DNA of 64,000 nucleotides from Escherichia coli (GTDB lineage Bacteria; Pseudomonadota; Gammaproteobacteria; Enterobacterales; Enterobacteriaceae): NCBI RefSeq assembly GCF_003018255.1, contig NZ_CP027440.1; one strand, 5' to 3'. Shown piece by piece: positions 60,469 to 64,000 of this stretch (position 1 is its first letter; each line of letters starts with the position of its first letter). The notes under the pieces were generated by a model. It saw only the letters and a program-made list of their open reading frames with translations, ran no database searches and was not told where the DNA came from. The position numbers and the translations under genes were made by a program.

Positions 60469-61419
60469 ATGAAAGAACTTGTGGTCGTTGCCATTGGTGG
60501 CAACAGCATTATCAAAGATAACGCCAGCCAGTCGATTGAGCATCAGGCGGAGGCGGTGAAAGCCGTCGCCGATACGGTGCTGGAAATGCTGGCTTCCGAT
60601 TACGACATTGTGCTGACCCACGGTAACGGGCCGCAGGTCGGGCTGGATTTACGCCGCGCGGAGATTGCTCACGAGCGCGAAGGGCTGCCCTTAACGCCGC
60701 TGGCAAACTGTGTGGCGGATACGCAAGGTGGCATTGGCTATCTGATCCAGCAGGCGCTGAACAACCGGCTGGCCCGCCACGGCGAGAAAAAAGCCGTCAC
60801 CGTGGTGACTCAGGTGGAAGTGGATAAAAACGATCCGGGATTTGCCCATCCCACCAAGCCTATCGGCGTATTCTTCAGTGAAAGCCAGCGTGACGAATTA
60901 CAAAAGGCAAACCCTGACTGGCGTTTTGTTGAAGATGCCGGACGGGGCTATCGCCGCGTGGTCGCCTCGCCGGAACCGCAACGTATTGTAGAAGCACCTG
61001 CCATTAAGGCCCTGATCCAACAAGGCTTTGTGGTGATTGGCGCGGGCGGCGGCGGAATTCCTGTGGTGTGCAGTGAAGCGGGAGATTACCAAAGCGTGGA
61101 CGCGGTTATCGACAAAGATCTCTCTACCGCGCTATTGGCCCGTGAAATTCACGCCGACATTCTGGTAATTACCACCGGCGTCGAAAAAGTGTGTATTCAC
61201 TTTGGCAAACCGCAGCAGCAGGCGCTGGATCGGGTGGATATTGCCACCATGACCCGCTATATGCAGGAAGGGCATTTCCCACCCGGCAGCATGTTGCCAA
61301 AAATCATCGCCAGCCTGACGTTCCTGGAGCAGGGCGGTAAAGAAGTGATTATCACCACGCCGGAATGCCTGCCTGCGGCGCTGCGTGGTGAAACGGGCAC
61401 CCATATTATTAAAACGTAA
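60469..61419 (+). CDS. yahI: Carbamate kinase-like protein YahI
   Basis: 316-aa ORF of the amino-acid/carbamate kinase family. Confidence 0.9.
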   Translation: MKELVVVAIGGNSIIKDNASQSIEHQAEAVKAVADTVLEMLASDYDIVLTHGNGPQVGLDLRRAEIAHEREGLPLTPLANCVADTQGGIGYLIQQALNNRLARHGEKKAVTVVTQVEVDKNDPGFAHPTKPIGVFFSESQRDELQKANPDWRFVEDAGRGYRRVVASPEPQRIVEAPAIKALIQQGFVVIGAGGGGIPVVCSEAGDYQSVDAVIDKDLSTALLAREIHADILVITTGVEKVCIHFGKPQQQALDRVDIATMTRYMQEGHFPPGSMLPKIIASLTFLEQGGKEVIITTPECLPAALRGETGTHIIKT

Positions 61420-61428
61420 GGACGTAAG

Positions 61429-62811
61429 ATGAAAGAAAACAATAGCCGCCGTGAGTTTCTGAGCCAGAGCGGTAAGATGGTCACCGCCGCCGCGCTGTTT
61501 GGTACCTCTGTGCCGCTCGCCCATGCGGCAGTCTCTGGCACAATCCATTGCGACGCGAATAACACCATGAAAATCACTGACCCGCACTACTATCTCGACA
61601 ACGTGTTGCTGGAAACCGGTTTTGACTACGAAAATGGCGTGGCGGTGCAGACCCGCACGGCGCGCCAGACTGTGGAAATTCAGAACGGCAAAATTGTTGC
61701 CCTGCGCGAGAACAATCAGCATCCGGACGCCACGCTGCCGCACTATGACGCTGGCGGTAAGCTGATGCTGCCCACCACCCGCGACATGCATATTCATCTC
61801 GACAAAACCTTCTATGGCGGGCCGTGGCGCTCGCTCAATCGTCCGGCAGGCACCACCATCCAGGACATGATCAAACTCGAGCAGAAAATGCTGCCGGAGT
61901 TGCAACCGTACACTCAGGAAAGGGCGGAAAAACTGATTGATTTATTGCAGTCGAAAGGCACTACCATTGCCCGCAGCCACTGCAATATCGAACCGGTTTC
62001 CGGCCTGAAAAATCTGCAAAATTTGCAGGCGGTTCTGGCGCGACGTCAGGCGGGCTTCGAGTGTGAAATTGTCGCCTTCCCGCAGCACGGTTTGCTGCTG
62101 TCGAAATCAGAACCCTTAATGCGCGAAGCGATGCAGGCGGGGGCGCATTACGTCGGCGGGCTGGACCCGACCAGTGTTGATGGCGCGATGGAAAAATCCC
62201 TCGACACCATGTTCCAGATTGCGCTGGACTACGACAAAGGCGTCGATATTCACCTGCACGAAACCACTCCGGCAGGCGTGGCAGCCATCAATTATATGGT
62301 TGAAACGGTAGAGAAAACGCCACAGCTGAAGGGCAAGCTGACCATCAGCCACGCCTTCGCGCTGGCAACGCTCAACGAACAACAGGTAGATGAACTGGCG
62401 CACCGGATGGCGGCGCAGCAAATTTCTATCGCCTCGACGGTGCCGATTGGCACGCTACATATGCCGCTCAAACAGTTGCACGACAAAGGCGTAAAAGTGA
62501 TGACTGGCACCGACAGCGTTATCGACCACTGGTCGCCTTACGGCCTGGGCGACATGCTGGAAAAAGCCAATCTGTACGCGCAGCTCTATATTCGCCCTAA
62601 CGAACAGAATTTGTCCCGTTCGCTGTTTTTAGCCACTGGCGATGTATTGCCGCTGAATGAAAAAGGCGAGCGCGTGTGGCCCAAAGCGCAGGATGACGCC
62701 AGTTTTGTGCTGGTGGACGCCTCCTGTTCCGCCGAGGCGGTGGCGCGTATCTCGCCGAGAACGGCGACGTTCCATAAAGGGCAACTGGTGTGGGGGAGTG
62801 TGGCAGGTTGA
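61429..62811 (+). CDS. yahJ: Amidohydrolase/deaminase YahJ with twin-arginine (Tat) signal peptide
   Basis: 460-aa ORF; N-terminal SRREFL motif plus hydrophobic stretch ending AHA. Confidence 0.85.
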   Translation: MKENNSRREFLSQSGKMVTAAALFGTSVPLAHAAVSGTIHCDANNTMKITDPHYYLDNVLLETGFDYENGVAVQTRTARQTVEIQNGKIVALRENNQHPDATLPHYDAGGKLMLPTTRDMHIHLDKTFYGGPWRSLNRPAGTTIQDMIKLEQKMLPELQPYTQERAEKLIDLLQSKGTTIARSHCNIEPVSGLKNLQNLQAVLARRQAGFECEIVAFPQHGLLLSKSEPLMREAMQAGAHYVGGLDPTSVDGAMEKSLDTMFQIALDYDKGVDIHLHETTPAGVAAINYMVETVEKTPQLKGKLTISHAFALATLNEQQVDELAHRMAAQQISIASTVPIGTLHMPLKQLHDKGVKVMTGTDSVIDHWSPYGLGDMLEKANLYAQLYIRPNEQNLSRSLFLATGDVLPLNEKGERVWPKAQDDASFVLVDASCSAEAVARISPRTATFHKGQLVWGSVAG

Positions 62812-63109
62812 TACGCATTTGAAACGCCTGCAACGGTGAACAGTAATATATTTAAGCCCCAGGGAGTGGGGCGACAATGGTTTGCTAATGAATGATCCTG
62901 AACTTTATAATCTCCAGGCATAATTTCCAGGGGATTATTTGAGAGAAATACACAAAAGTGAGTTTTAACAAAGGTATTTATCAAGCCATAAATGTGACCT
63001 GCTTCGGATAAAAAAGATTAAGTATCGAAAAACCAATGATCCTCTTGCTGATGGTTATCAACAGTAATTAAGATGTGATTTGTTTTTCCGTAATCGCGAA
63101 AATATTGCC

Positions 63110-63520
63110 ATGACCATAAAAGAAAAAATCTCACAAAAATATCCCCATGCTTCCTTTTGTACTTTTGGCGATTCAGCAGCGTTGGCCGATCACCTCGCAA
63201 CGTTGATTGCGACTGGTGTTAAAACAGCTTCCTGTGGTTCGCTGGCGGGATGTATTGAAGACAACGCATTTCCGCTGATTGGTGAGTATAAGATTGTAGA
63301 AAATAGCCGTGGTGAGCCTGTCTGTGTTATCAGAGTGATTGGCCTGCATTTACTGCGCTTTTCTGATGTCTCCGCGGAGCTTGCCCGTAAGGAAGGTGAA
63401 GGTAACCTCAGTCTTGAATATTGGCGTAATGAACACCGTCGTTTTTTCCAGGCAGAAGGATGCTATTCACCCGAAATGGACGTTATCTTTGAAGAATATG
63501 CCCTTATTGACGTTGTGTAG
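63110..63520 (+). CDS. ASCH-domain-like small protein (hypothetical)
   Basis: 136 aa from MTIKEKISQKYP; domain assignment from weak recognition only. Confidence 0.5.
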   Translation: MTIKEKISQKYPHASFCTFGDSAALADHLATLIATGVKTASCGSLAGCIEDNAFPLIGEYKIVENSRGEPVCVIRVIGLHLLRFSDVSAELARKEGEGNLSLEYWRNEHRRFFQAEGCYSPEMDVIFEEYALIDVV

Positions 63521-63770
63521 ATAACTATTTTTCTACGCGAAATAAGCTCTCAAACATAAAGTATCGCTAATTTTGTTTATTTTGCTATTTTTTACGTGAT
63601 GATTGTCACACTTATTGTTACTGCCCGTTTTGTCCATATTTATAACCAAATTTTTAATAGCTGCCTGAAATAGGGCTGTTTATTCTGCATAAAAATATTC
63701 GAAAATTCTTATTCTCTCCAGCGCGCTAATTTGGGCGAACACTTCCTGACTACCCTGCAATGAGGCTGAA

Positions 63771-64000
63771 ATGATGAATAAACGTTTTGTTATCAATATG
63801 GTGTCTTCGCTGTTATTAGGCGCTGCGCTAATTTCTGCGCCGCTCCAGGCAGCGGAAAAAGTCGTGGTGAATATCTCTAAAGTCGATGGTATGCCGTGGT
63901 TTAATCGCATGGGCGAAGGTGTGGTTGAGGCGGGTAAAGCCTTTGGTGTTAATGCGTCACAGGTGGGGCCTTCAAGTACTGATGCTCCGCAACAGGTTAA
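63771..64000 (+). CDS. Periplasmic substrate-binding protein of a sugar-type ABC transporter, 5' part; continues beyond window
   Basis: SD gagg then ATG; signal peptide MMNKRFVINMVSSLLLGAALISAPLQAAEK; type-I PBP-like N-terminus. Confidence 0.6.
   Translation, partial: MMNKRFVINMVSSLLLGAALISAPLQAAEKVVVNISKVDGMPWFNRMGEGVVEAGKAFGVNASQVGPSSTDAPQQV

Noticed and set aside
60060-60472. Overlapping ORFs of 125 and 104 aa (60060..60437 and 60158..60472) with repetitive, arginine-rich translations
   Set aside because: They lie entirely within the tandem REP/BIME array; the repetition in the protein reflects the DNA repeats, not a coding gene.

Overview
This window reads as an Escherichia coli-type chromosomal segment, syntenic with the K-12 dinB ... 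pepD-gpt-frsA-crl-phoE-proBA-thrW ... ecp ... rcl ... ykgEFG ... bet ... yah region; gene identities are called from the supplied translations against remembered protein families, not from a database search. Core content: the 3' part of dinB, yafP, pepD, gpt, frsA, crl, phoE, proB, proA, tRNA-Thr (thrW), yagU, ykgJ, the ecpRABCDE pilus operon, the Zur-type ribosomal paralogs rpmE2/rpmJ2, an intact 1416-aa intimin-like adhesin (EaeH/FdeC), three aldo-keto reductases with LysR and AraC regulators, rclRABC, ykgEFG (lutABC-like), ykgH, betABI/betT, pdeL(yahA), yahB and yahC-yahJ. No IS element, prophage or CRISPR array was found. The most interesting locus is a roughly 5.5-kb block between ykgH and betA (about 39.8-45.6 kb): a FimB/FimE-family tyrosine recombinase gene sits immediately beside a 246-bp AT-rich segment bounded by 16-bp perfect inverted repeats, followed by two tandem LuxR-type regulator genes and a 774-aa autotransporter. 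This is a candidate recombinase-driven phase-variation switch; it resembles fimS and, from memory, the ipuS/ipuR/upaE switch reported in uropathogenic E. coli, but I cannot confirm from sequence alone whether this exact locus has been characterised. Secondary observations include the yahD-yahJ cryptic catabolic cluster with a Tat-signal amidohydrolase, a triple REP/BIME array, dinB followed directly by yafP with no yafNO-sized gap, and a decayed RtcB/PrfH module.
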